Source of the DNA: an uncultured delta proteobacterium
GTDB taxonomy: Bacteria; Desulfobacterota; WTBG01; CAIYCZ01
Length of the DNA stretch: 53,096 bases
NCBI GenBank assembly: GCA_963803975.1
Contig: CAWDOY010000034.1
Span: 1 to 53,096, forward strand
Direction of reading: 5' to 3'
Shown here one piece after another: positions 10,794-20,474 of the stretch. The notes below the pieces were generated by a model that had not been told where the DNA came from, did not search any database, and was given only the letters and a program-made list of their open reading frames with translations. Within the stretch, counting starts at the first letter, position 1. Every line of letters begins with the position of its first letter. Both the position numbers and the translations under genes were made by a program.

Positions 10794-11926
10794 AATGGAT
10801 TGAGCGGCAGAGGAATTTTATCGACTTCACGCTGTCATCTCTTTCCCGGAGGAAAGGGAAAAACGCGGCGCTCATGCTGGTCTACACGCTGCTGGTATTT
10901 GTTATCTCATCGGTCATCTTCTTTACCCAGGCCATCCGCCGCGAGGCGGAAGCCCTGCTCACAAGCGCTCCTGACATGGTTCTGCAGCGAATTGTTGCCG
11001 GCAGGCATGACCTCATCCCGCTCAGCTACGGTGAAAAAATTAAAACCATCCGCGGCGTTAAATCAGTACAGGGCCGGCTCTGGGGATACTACTATCATCC
11101 GGCAGCGCACTCAAATTATACGGTGATGGCAGCGGATGATGTTACCTCAGGCGACGATACGGCCGCAGTGGGAAGCGGTGTGGCAAGAACATGGCAGACA
11201 GCCGGCGATAATACCCTGTATATGAAAGCCTTTGACGGGAAGGTGCTCGGCCTGCGCATTGCAAAAGTGTTCAGTGAAACAACTGATCTGGTTGCGGCTG
11301 ATCTCATCGTGGTATCCCGGGCAACATTTGGCAGGCTGTTCGGGATAGCAGGAACCCTTGCAACGGATCTGGCGCTGGAAATCGGCAATCAGAAGGAAGC
11401 CGCTACCATTGCCCTGAAGATAGTCCAGCTCTATCCCGATACGCGGCCGATTCTGCGGGAAGAAATACTCAGAACCTATGCTGCGATATTTGACTGGCGC
11501 AGCGGTTATATTATCGTGCTGTTGAGCGGCACGGCGCTTGCGTTCATCATTTTTGCCTGGGATAAAGCCACCGGTCTGAGCGCGGAAGAAAAAATTGAGA
11601 TCGGAGTATTAAAAGCTCTGGGCTGGGATACCTCGGATGTCCTGCTGATGAAGTTCTGGGAGGGCACCGTGATATCGCTCACCTCGTTTCTCCTGGGGGT
11701 CATTGCCGGCTACGTGCATGTGTTTTTTGCTTCCGCGCCTCTTTTTGCCCACGCCCTGAAAGGGTGGGCAATTCTCTACCCGGCGTTTAATCTGACCCCG
11801 GCAGTTAATGCTTTTCAGATCGGGATACTGTTCTTTTTTACCGTCGTGCCCTATGCGCTTATTACCATCATCCCCGCCTGGCGCATGGCTATTACCGAGC
11901 CCGATGCAGCGATGAGGCAGATATAA
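10790..11926 (+). CDS. MacB/LolE/FtsX-family ABC permease
   Basis: N-terminal TM, large periplasmic loop, EIGVLKALGW motif, three C-terminal TMs. Confidence 0.88.
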   Translation: MKWIERQRNFIDFTLSSLSRRKGKNAALMLVYTLLVFVISSVIFFTQAIRREAEALLTSAPDMVLQRIVAGRHDLIPLSYGEKIKTIRGVKSVQGRLWGYYYHPAAHSNYTVMAADDVTSGDDTAAVGSGVARTWQTAGDNTLYMKAFDGKVLGLRIAKVFSETTDLVAADLIVVSRATFGRLFGIAGTLATDLALEIGNQKEAATIALKIVQLYPDTRPILREEILRTYAAIFDWRSGYIIVLLSGTALAFIIFAWDKATGLSAEEKIEIGVLKALGWDTSDVLLMKFWEGTVISLTSFLLGVIAGYVHVFFASAPLFAHALKGWAILYPAFNLTPAVNAFQIGILFFFTVVPYALITIIPAWRMAITEPDAAMRQI

Positions 11927-11927
11927 T

Positions 11928-12605
11928 ATGATTACGCTTGCCAATATCAGCAAGACCTTTAACGCCGGCAGGCAGAATGAGTTTATTGCGGTGAAAGGGA
12001 TAAACCTGTCAATTGCCATGAATACTATTACCGTTTTAAAGGGACCCAGCGGCTCGGGGAAAACGACCCTTTTGAGCATCATCGGCTGCATGGCGCGGCC
12101 CACCGCGGGAAGAATCACGGTGCAGGAGCGGGAGATTACCAGCCTTCCGGAACGGTTTCTCACCGAGATCCGGCGCAACACGTTCGGCTTTGTGTTCCAG
12201 AACTTCAACCTGATTAAAGGCGTAACAGTGCTGGAGAATGTTATGTTCCCTGCTTTTCCCGCAGGCATCCGGCACGCGGAATTGCAGGAGCGCGCCATGC
12301 GCCTTCTGGAAAAATTAAAAATCGCTTCTAAAGCACGGCAGAACGTTGAGAGCCTGTCCGGGGGCGAGCAGCAGCGCACGGCGATCGCCCGCGCCCTCAT
12401 CAATGAGCCGGCGGTGATCATTGCCGATGAGCCGACCGCACATCTCGATACGGAGCTGTCAGGAGAGTTCATGGATACTATGGCCGGGCTGCATGCTGAG
12501 GGCAAAACCATTCTTATTGCCAGCCATGACCCGCTCATGGCTGAATCAGAAAACACCCACCGGGTCATTGAGCTGCGGGATGGTCAGATAATAGGAGAGC
12601 ATTAA
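11928..12605 (+). CDS. ABC transporter ATP-binding protein (LolD/MacB type)
   Basis: Walker A GPSGSGKT, LSGGEQQR signature, ADEPT, SHD. Confidence 0.95.
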   Translation: MITLANISKTFNAGRQNEFIAVKGINLSIAMNTITVLKGPSGSGKTTLLSIIGCMARPTAGRITVQEREITSLPERFLTEIRRNTFGFVFQNFNLIKGVTVLENVMFPAFPAGIRHAELQERAMRLLEKLKIASKARQNVESLSGGEQQRTAIARALINEPAVIIADEPTAHLDTELSGEFMDTMAGLHAEGKTILIASHDPLMAESENTHRVIELRDGQIIGEH

Positions 12606-12609
12606 GCAG

Positions 12610-13612
12610 ATGATAATCAGTCCGGCCATTATCGCGCTGACCTTGGGCTCGGTGTTGATAGCTTTGATTACCGGCTACGCCTCCGGTATCGGCATTCAGA
12701 TACTCCGGTGGTGGGACATCCACAGCGGCAGTGACCGGCAGCTCTCACTGGAACGCAAGACCTATCTCATATCAACGGTCCTTTCCTATGTGATGGCCTT
12801 TGAGCTCGCGTCGCTGTTTTTATTTGTCTATACTGCTGACCATATGCACGGGCTTTTTATCGGCGCCATGTGCGCGGCCGGGACGCTGAACGCGAATGAC
12901 TGGGGGTATCCGGCACTGGTGCTGAAAACCGTGAACTTCATGGTATGCGGGGTGTGGCTGATCGTCAACTATCTTGATAACCGGGGATATGATTACCCGC
13001 TGATACGATTCAAGTATCGCCTGCTGCTTGCCATTACCCTGCTGCTCATGCTTGAGGTGCTCTTTCAGTCGGGATATTTCCTGGAACTGCGGCCTGATGT
13101 GATAACCTCATGCTGCGGGGCAATGTTCAACGCAAGCGCGCAGAATCTTGCTGCCGGAGCTTGCCCACCTTCCTCCCCGCCTCGCGGAGATTGTGTTCTA
13201 TCTGAGCGTGGTGCTGATGCTCAGGACCGGCATTCAGTTTTATATAAATGGTAGCGGGGCCTTGGTCTTTTCCTGGTTCAGCCTCTGGCTGCTGGGCACT
13301 TCCCTTGCCGCAATAATTTCATTCATATCCCTGTATGTATATGAGCTGCCCACGCACCACTGTCCGTTCTGCCTGTTGCAGAGGGAATATCACTATTTCG
13401 GCTATCCGCTGTATGTGGCCCTGTTCTGTGCCGGCATTACCGGCTCCGGGGTAGGGGTGATTAACCGGTTCAGAACCATCCCGTCGCTTAAAGAAATAAT
13501 CCCGGTGATGCAAAAACGGCTTTGTCTGATCTCCATGATTTGCTATGCTCTATTTACAGCACTGGCATCATACCCCATATTGTTTTCTGACTTTAAGCTG
13601 TCGGGAGGTTGA
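12610..13612 (+). CDS. Polytopic membrane protein with GAMCAAG, TSCC and HHCPFC motifs; single frameshift near 13152
   Basis: ORFs 12610-13254 and 13148-13612 join after removing one base (GCT GCC G[G]AG CTT); multiple TM helices. Confidence 0.75.
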
Positions 13613-13700
13613 GAATTTGAATTTAATTTTAAACATTAAATTTGATAGATAAATCTGAGAAATTTGCTCACAGACTATTACATGGACATGGGATTTTGTT

Positions 13701-13722
13701 GTTGGAGTGGCTTTAGCCGCGG
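13701..13722 (+). repeat. Degenerate REP-like palindrome
   Basis: GTTGGAGTGGCTTTAGCCGCGG resembles the GTAG-type REP pattern GT(A/G)GGAGCGGCTTTAGCCGCGA; single copy. Confidence 0.35.
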
Positions 13723-13840
13723 AACATCCATTCGGTTGCGCTCAGACATGCGCATTGCGCTTTCAGAAATCTCAAATATCATTGGATAGGGTTTAGATTT
13801 TTTGCGCTGTCCAGCGGTTCTGGACTGATGGAAATTGAAC

Positions 13841-15340
13841 ATGAAAAAAATGTTGCTTGCCCTGTGGACTCAAAGCCCGAAGGCTTCGGCGATTGCCGTT
13901 GTCATAATTGCCTTCATTGCCGGGTATCTGATGAAGGGCACCGGCCCTGAAAGACCGGCACCTGACAACATTGACCCGGCGCTGCAGGGCGTGGTGGCCG
14001 GGAAAAACGCTGAGCGCATGGTGTATGTGTGCCCCACCATGTGCATCCCGCCCGTTGCCAAGCCCGGCACCTGCCCCATCTGCGGCATGCAGCTGGTAGC
14101 GGTTTCCGGGGCTGATGCCGGCGGCAGCAATGCTGTGCCGCGGATACGGCTTTCTGAAGAAGCAGTGAAGCTGGCGGAGATACAGGTTGCAGCGGTGGAA
14201 CGCAAGGCGGTTGCAGCCGAGATCACCGCGTTTGGGCAGCTCGAGTATTTCCCGCCTCTGGTTTCCGAAGTAACAGCAAACATATCCGGCATTATCAGCA
14301 AAGTGTATCCCGAGCGGGTCGGTGTAGCGATAAAATACGGAGACCCGCTGTTCGAGATCTACTCGTATGAAATTTATCTTGCCCAGCAGGAGCTGCTTGC
14401 AGCAGCGAAATCTGTCCCCGTCACGTTACCGCTGCCCCCGGCGCCGGCGCCGAGCGTAACTGCACAGCGCGCTCCGCCTGCAAAGCCGGAAGACTCAAAA
14501 GCCGCGAGTAAAGGCGCGGAGGCTGACCGCAAGAAAGTGGCAGCCCTGCTGCAAAGACTTGGCAGGCTGGGATTAACGCAGCAGGACATGGAACTGGTTT
14601 TGCAGAAGCGTGAGCCGAAGGGGACGGTGACTGTTTATGCGCGGCTGAACGGACTGCTTATCGAGAAGGAGGCAACCCTCGGCACCTATGTCAATATCGG
14701 TGCCCCGCTCTGTGTAATAGCCAACCCGCAGAATCTTTGGGTAACGTTATCTGTCTATGAATCTGATTTCCCGTGGCTGAGGATTAACCAGGCAGTGGAG
14801 TTTCAGACCGAGGCATATCCGGGGGAGCGTTTCGAGGGACGGGTAGCGTCTATCGGGCCTGTTTTTAATAAAGAATCACGCACCTTCGAGGTTGTTGTAA
14901 AAATTCCGGAGAGCGTGGGCAAGCTGCGGGCGGACATGGCGGTGCGCGCGATAATCCGTGCAGAATTGACGGCCGGCCAGGCCAGCGGGCCGGGAGCTGC
15001 GCCGGGAAAACAGGCACCCCTGGTAATACCCGCTACCGCGCCCCTGCTTACCGGAAAGCGGGCCGTGGTATATGTGGCAGTGCCCGGAGAAAAGGGAATG
15101 TTTGAGGGACGGGAGGTGGTTCTGGGTCCCCGGGCAAAAAATTATTACGTGGTAAGGGAAGGGCTCAAAGAGGGAGAGCAGGTGGTCGTGAACGGAAGCT
15201 TTAAAATTGACAGCGCCCTGCAGATTCTTGCCAAACCAAGTTTGATAAATTCTATTGAGACTGACCAGGTGCGGATGCAGATTCCTGTTGCTGATAGTGC
15301 CACGGTCAATGCCGCACCAGTCGCTGCGCAGAAAAAATAG
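13841..15340 (+). CDS. cusB: CusB-type RND periplasmic adaptor with an N-terminal heavy-metal-binding domain
   Basis: YVCPTMC...PGTCPICGMQL metal-binding domain; YSYEIYLAQQELL, VYESD, GLKEGEQVVVNG.F.IDS motifs. Confidence 0.85.
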   Translation: MKKMLLALWTQSPKASAIAVVIIAFIAGYLMKGTGPERPAPDNIDPALQGVVAGKNAERMVYVCPTMCIPPVAKPGTCPICGMQLVAVSGADAGGSNAVPRIRLSEEAVKLAEIQVAAVERKAVAAEITAFGQLEYFPPLVSEVTANISGIISKVYPERVGVAIKYGDPLFEIYSYEIYLAQQELLAAAKSVPVTLPLPPAPAPSVTAQRAPPAKPEDSKAASKGAEADRKKVAALLQRLGRLGLTQQDMELVLQKREPKGTVTVYARLNGLLIEKEATLGTYVNIGAPLCVIANPQNLWVTLSVYESDFPWLRINQAVEFQTEAYPGERFEGRVASIGPVFNKESRTFEVVVKIPESVGKLRADMAVRAIIRAELTAGQASGPGAAPGKQAPLVIPATAPLLTGKRAVVYVAVPGEKGMFEGREVVLGPRAKNYYVVREGLKEGEQVVVNGSFKIDSALQILAKPSLINSIETDQVRMQIPVADSATVNAAPVAAQKK

Positions 15341-15367
15341 GCAGGTGTATTCCACCGGGATACCAGC

Positions 15368-18300
15368 ATGAGTGAACCGCCAAAACTATCGTCTTCTCCC
15401 CCCAGCCTCATAGACCGGGTCATCTGGTTCTGCCTGAATAAAAAAATTATCATCTATCTGGCAATTATCTGCATTGTTATCGGGGGCATTGCCGTGGCTC
15501 CGTTTGACTGGAACCTCCGCCTGCTGCCGCGGGACCCGGTGCCGGTTGATGCCATCCCTGACATCGGAGAGAATCAGCAGATTGTTTTTACCGAGTGGGA
15601 TGGCCGCTCTGCCACTGATGTAGAGAGCCAGATTTCCTATCCCCTGACAGTATCGCTGCTGGGAGTTCCCGGGGTAAAGACTGTTCGCAGCCTCTCCATG
15701 TTCGGCTTTTCCACCGTCTACGTCATTTTTAACGACAGCGTTGATTTCTACTGGTCGCGCTCGCGCCTTAGCGAGCGGCTCAACAGCCTTCCCGCCGGAA
15801 CTCTTCCGGAAGGAGTAAAACCGGCTCTGGGGCCGGATGCCACGGCCATGGGCCAGGTGTTCTGGTACACGCTGGAAGGCCGCGACCAGAACGGAAATCC
15901 GGCCGGCGGATGGGACCTCCAGGAACTCAGGACCATTCAGGACTGGCAGGTGCGCTACGGGCTGCTGTCTGCGGAAGGCGTGAGCGAGGTTGCGTCAGTT
16001 GGCGGATTTGTCCGGGAGTATCAGATTGATGTGGACCCGGACCTGATGCGCGCCCGCCGGGTGGCACTGGAAGAGGTGGTCGCGGCGATAAGAGGAACAA
16101 ACAGTGATGTGGGCGCGGGCGTTATAGAGGTCAACAAGGTCGAGTACGCCATTCGCGGCATCGGCTTCGTCCGCGGCTTGAGTGATATTAACAATGCGGT
16201 TATCAAAGTCAACGACGGCACGCCAATCCTGGTGCGCAATGTGGCCACCGTGACCCTCGGCCCCGCGCTGCGGCGGGGCGCTCTGGATAAGGCAGGAGCT
16301 GAAGCAGTCGGCGGCATTGTGGTGGTCCGCTACGGGGAGAACCCCCTTGCCGTAATCAAGAACGTTAAAAAGAAGATCGAGGAAATTTCTCCCGGGCTGC
16401 CGAAAAAGACCCTTGCCGACGGCACCGTAAGCCAGGCAACCATAGTCCCCTTCTATGACCGGACCGGCCTGATTTATGAAACGCTCGGGACCCTGCGTTC
16501 AGCCCTGACCGATGAAATACTGGTGACCATCATTGTGGTGATGGTGCTGGCCATGAACCTGGGAAGCTCTCTGCTCATTTCCGGACTTCTGCCCCTGTCA
16601 GTGCTGCTCTGCTTTATTGCCATGAAGGTGTTCAATGTCAGCGCCAACATTATGGCCCTTTCCGGTATTGCCATAGCCATCGGCACCCTGGTTGACATGG
16701 GAATCATCATAGCGGAAAATATTCTGCGGCATCTTTCCGCGGCAGACCCGGCAGAGGATCGCATGCAGGTCATATTCAGGGCTGCAAGTGAAGTGGGGAG
16801 CGCTGTGGTGACCGCAATATCCACAACGCTTGTTGGTTTTCTGCCGGTGTTCGCCATGGCAGGGGCAGAGGGAAAGCTTGTTCAGGCCCCTTGCCTTTAC
16901 CAAGACGTTTGCGCTCCTGGCTTCGGTCGTTATTGCCCTGACCGTCATTCCCCCTCTTGCCCATACGCTGATTAGCCGAAAGATGCTGCCGCAGAAGCGG
17001 CGCTGGATCATATATGAAGGACTGATCTACGCCGGGGCAGTGCTTGCATTAACAATCAAATGGTGGTTCGGGCTCCTTATAGCAGGAATTGGCGTTTACA
17101 ATTTGATCGCGCGCAAGCTCCCGGAGCGTATGCAGGGGCGGCTCCGGCTTATGAGTAACGGCCTTGCAATAGCCGTTGTGGTGCTGCTGCTCACCGCGCA
17201 CTGGCTGCCGCTGGGGCTGGAAAAGGGCCCGGTGCGCAACGTGCTCTTCGTGGTTATGGTAAGCGGAGTGCTGTTACTATTCTTCAGGCTGTTTCAGCAC
17301 TACTACAGCACCATACTCGCGTGGTGCCTGGAGCACAAGGCTGCTTTTCTTTCCATTCCTCTTATAATAACCCTTATGGGCAGCATGGCCTGGCTTGGCT
17401 TTGAGGGATTGTTCGGCTGGCTGCCCACCATCGTGAAGAAAAACTGGCCGGCTACCGCTATCACCCGCACCTTCCCCGGCATGGGGAAGGAATTCATGCC
17501 GCCGCTTGAAGAAGGATCCTATCTGTTCATGCCGTCGGCCATGCCCCATGCTTCCATCGGCGAGGTAATGGACATCCTGCAGAAACAGGATAAAGCCATA
17601 CAGGGGCTTCCCGAAGTGGAACTGGTGGTGGGAAAGCTTGGCCGCGCGGAAAGCGCTCTTGACCCGGCACCGGTATCCATGATTGAAACCGTCATTACCT
17701 GCAGGCCCCGCTATCTTTCCGATCAGGACGGAAAGCCCCGGCACTTCCGCTTTAACCCGAATGAGCTTGACCTTGCACGGCGGGAAGACGGCAGCCTTTT
17801 GTCAGCCCCCGATGGCAGGCCGTATCTGGTCAGGGGGAGGTTTGAGCGTGACAAGGCACAGCGGCTCATACCGGATCCGCGCGGCAGCCCGTTTTCATTA
17901 TGGCGGCCGGCGCTTGATGAGTCTCTGAACCCCGGCCGGAAATCATGGCCGGGCATTCAGCAGCAGGGAGATATCTGGGATGCAATTGTTGAGGCAGCCC
18001 GCATCCCCGGCATTGCATCCGCCTCGCGGCTGCAGCCCATATCAGCTCGCATTGTCATGCTGCAGAGCGGGATCCGCGCCAGCATGGCGGTTAAAGTAAC
18101 CGGGCCGACACTGGAAGACATACAAAAGGCAGCGCTCAAGATAGAAGAATGCCTCAGGGGAGTTTCTGCCATAGATCCGGCAACAGTCATTGCTGACCGG
18201 AGTATCGGCAAGCCGTATCTCGAAATTCGCATTGACCGGCAGAAGCTCGTGCAGTACGGACTGACCGTACAGCAGGTACAGGATGTTATTGAATATGCAA

Positions 18301-19262
18301 TCGGCGGCAGGCTCATTACCACCACGGTTGAGGGCAGAGAGCGGTACCCGGTCAGGGTGCGCTACCTGCGCGAGCTGCGGGACAATTTTGAGTCACTGGG
18401 GAAAATCCTGGTTCCGGCATCAGGTGCAGTGCAGATACCGCTCACACAGCTTGCTGACATAACCTATGTGCGCGGGCCGGAGGCCATAAAAGGGGAGAAT
18501 GCATTTCTTACCGGCTATGTTCTATTTGACAAAAAGCCCGGCGTTGCAGAAGTGGAGGTCATCGAACAGTCCCGTGGCTACCTGCAGGACAGCCTGCGCA
18601 GCGGCGCGCTGCAGCTGCCCCCGGGCGTAAGCTTTTCCTTTACCGGAAATTATGAAAACCAGGTCCGCGCGGAAAAAACCCTGATGGTGATTGTGCCGCT
18701 GGCGCTGTTTCTTATTTTTGTGATTCTCTATCTGCAGTTTAATTCCGTCTCAGTAACCGCTATGGTATTTTCGGGAATACTGGTTTCCTGCGCCGGCGGC
18801 TTTATTCTGCTCTGGTGCTATGCGCAGCCCTGGTTTCTTAATGTGTCTTTGCTCGGGACCTCCATGCGGGAACTTTTTCAGGTTCATCCCATAAACCTAA
18901 GCGTTGCCGTGTGGGTGGGATTTTTAGCGCTGTTCGGGATCGCATCCGACGACGGCGTGGTGATGGCAACATATCTGCAGACCTCCTTTTCCCGGCGGCC
19001 GGCATCAACTATTCAGGAAATACGTCAGGCAACCATTGAGGCAGGCAGACGGCGCATCAGGCCGTGCCTTATGACCACCGCCACTACCATCATCGCGCTC
19101 ATCCCGGTCCTCACCTCAGCGGGCCGCGGGGCGGATATAATGATACCAATGGCCATCCCTTCCTTTGGCGGAATGATTTTCCAGGTATCAACGATGCTTA
19201 TCGTCCCGGTGCTGTATTGTGCAGCACGGGAATACGCATTAAAAAATAAGAACGGTGTATAG
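15368..19262 (+). CDS. cusA: CusA/CzcA heavy-metal RND efflux permease; frameshift near 16878
   Basis: VDAIPDIGENQQIVFTEW, LGPDATAMGQVFWY, IQDWQVRY, GKLFRPLAFTKTF (across the frameshift), GKEFMPPLEEG, RIRPCLMT motifs. Confidence 0.92.
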
Positions 19263-19287
19263 ATGATTTTTTAATGTAAAATTTATT

Positions 19288-19629
19288 CTATTTGAGATCC
19301 CGGAGGGCTATTTTCCTCACTAATTCTGTCAGCTTTCGTTCATTTTCTTCAAGTTTGATGAGCACTTGCAAAAATCCATATACTAACACCACAAGAGTAA
19401 AAAAGATAAGAGCATAAAAACCGCTTTTAATGCCCGTCAATATTGAAAGCCAGTACATACTGAAGTCTGGGAAAATTGCTACCATTGAGATGCCAGACCA
19501 TATAACAATCCAGGAGATCAATTCCCTCATGGTCTGATTGTGATGCAGGTAGCGAGAAACTGCTTTTGCTATCATCAGCACTGAAAACATAGGGACTAAT
19601 AACTGATACAGGGAAAAGTTATTTAACAT
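19288..19629 (-). CDS. DUF2304-family small membrane protein
   Basis: Three TMs, W..IW, FP, LTGI motifs and C-terminal ERKLTELVRKIAL; downstream of a GT2 gene. Confidence 0.8.
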   Translation of the reverse strand: MLNNFSLYQLLVPMFSVLMIAKAVSRYLHHNQTMRELISWIVIWSGISMVAIFPDFSMYWLSILTGIKSGFYALIFFTLVVLVYGFLQVLIKLEENERKLTELVRKIALRDLK

Positions 19630-19632
19630 AAT

Positions 19633-20307
19633 TTATCTCATCAACGTACGGACTATGAGCTTAAAAACAGTTGTTAAACCGGTTGACAAATTCTGCCCTT
19701 TTGAAAGGGAGTACGGTGTGTAGATCACAGAAACAGGAATTTCAATAATATCCAGTTTATAATATTTTGCCTCTCTTATTATTTCACTGCAGAATTCATA
19801 GCCATTTGCAGTAATATAAATTTTTTCCAAAGCTTTTCCTGATAATGCCTTTAGCCCTGACTGCGTGTCAGTAAGGTATACTCCAGCAAGAACAAAAGTT
19901 ATTATATTAGCAATATAATTGAATAACCTTCTTAACAGCGGTATATGATTTCTATTATCAAGAAACCGGGAACCTATTACAAGATCCTTTTTTTGATTAA
20001 CTAACGTGTCAATTAACAACTTAATGTCACTCAAATTGTGCTGACCATCTGCATCTAAGGTTACTGCTACATCAGCACCAAGCAATTTAGCTGCATCAAG
20101 CCCTGTTTGTGTTGCAGCACCCGGGCCCCTGTTAACCAGGTGAGACAGAACGTCAGCGCCTGCTTCACGGGCAATCTGTGCTGTCTTATCATTACTTCCA
20201 TCATCTATAACGATAATATTATTATAGCCAAGAAGATTGCAAGAAACTATAATATCCCGTATATTCTTTTCCTCATTATATGCGGGAATTATGATGATTA
20301 TTTTCAT
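19633..20307 (-). CDS. Glycosyltransferase family 2 (DPM/polyprenol-phosphate glycosyl synthase-like)
   Basis: IPAYNEE, DDGS.D.T, NRGPGAA, DADGQH, GSRF, DTQSG motifs. Confidence 0.92.
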   Translation of the reverse strand: MKIIIIIPAYNEEKNIRDIIVSCNLLGYNNIIVIDDGSNDKTAQIAREAGADVLSHLVNRGPGAATQTGLDAAKLLGADVAVTLDADGQHNLSDIKLLIDTLVNQKKDLVIGSRFLDNRNHIPLLRRLFNYIANIITFVLAGVYLTDTQSGLKALSGKALEKIYITANGYEFCSEIIREAKYYKLDIIEIPVSVIYTPYSLSKGQNLSTGLTTVFKLIVRTLMR

Positions 20308-20474
20308 TTTCTCCTGCTGTGTGTTCGTTTGGAGAACCCATTACCTTTACATACTTAATAGTCTAATCTGATCAGATTTGGCAAGAAAATATTTTTTGAT
20401 TTATTGATAATAACTATCTGTTTAATTGTCTCTTTTCCTGCGTGAATTAACAAACTCTTTTTTAACTATACCCT

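Noticed and set aside
11609..12568. Long antisense ORF (319 aa) and similar shadows (e.g. 47498-48223, 35939-36601, 6960-7652)
   Set aside because: They overlap well-supported genes on the opposite strand and are typical GC-rich shadow ORFs
16860..16900. Programmed frameshifting in cusA, hypB, trmJ and others
   Set aside because: No consistent slippery site or stimulatory structure; window-wide indels are better explained as assembly error
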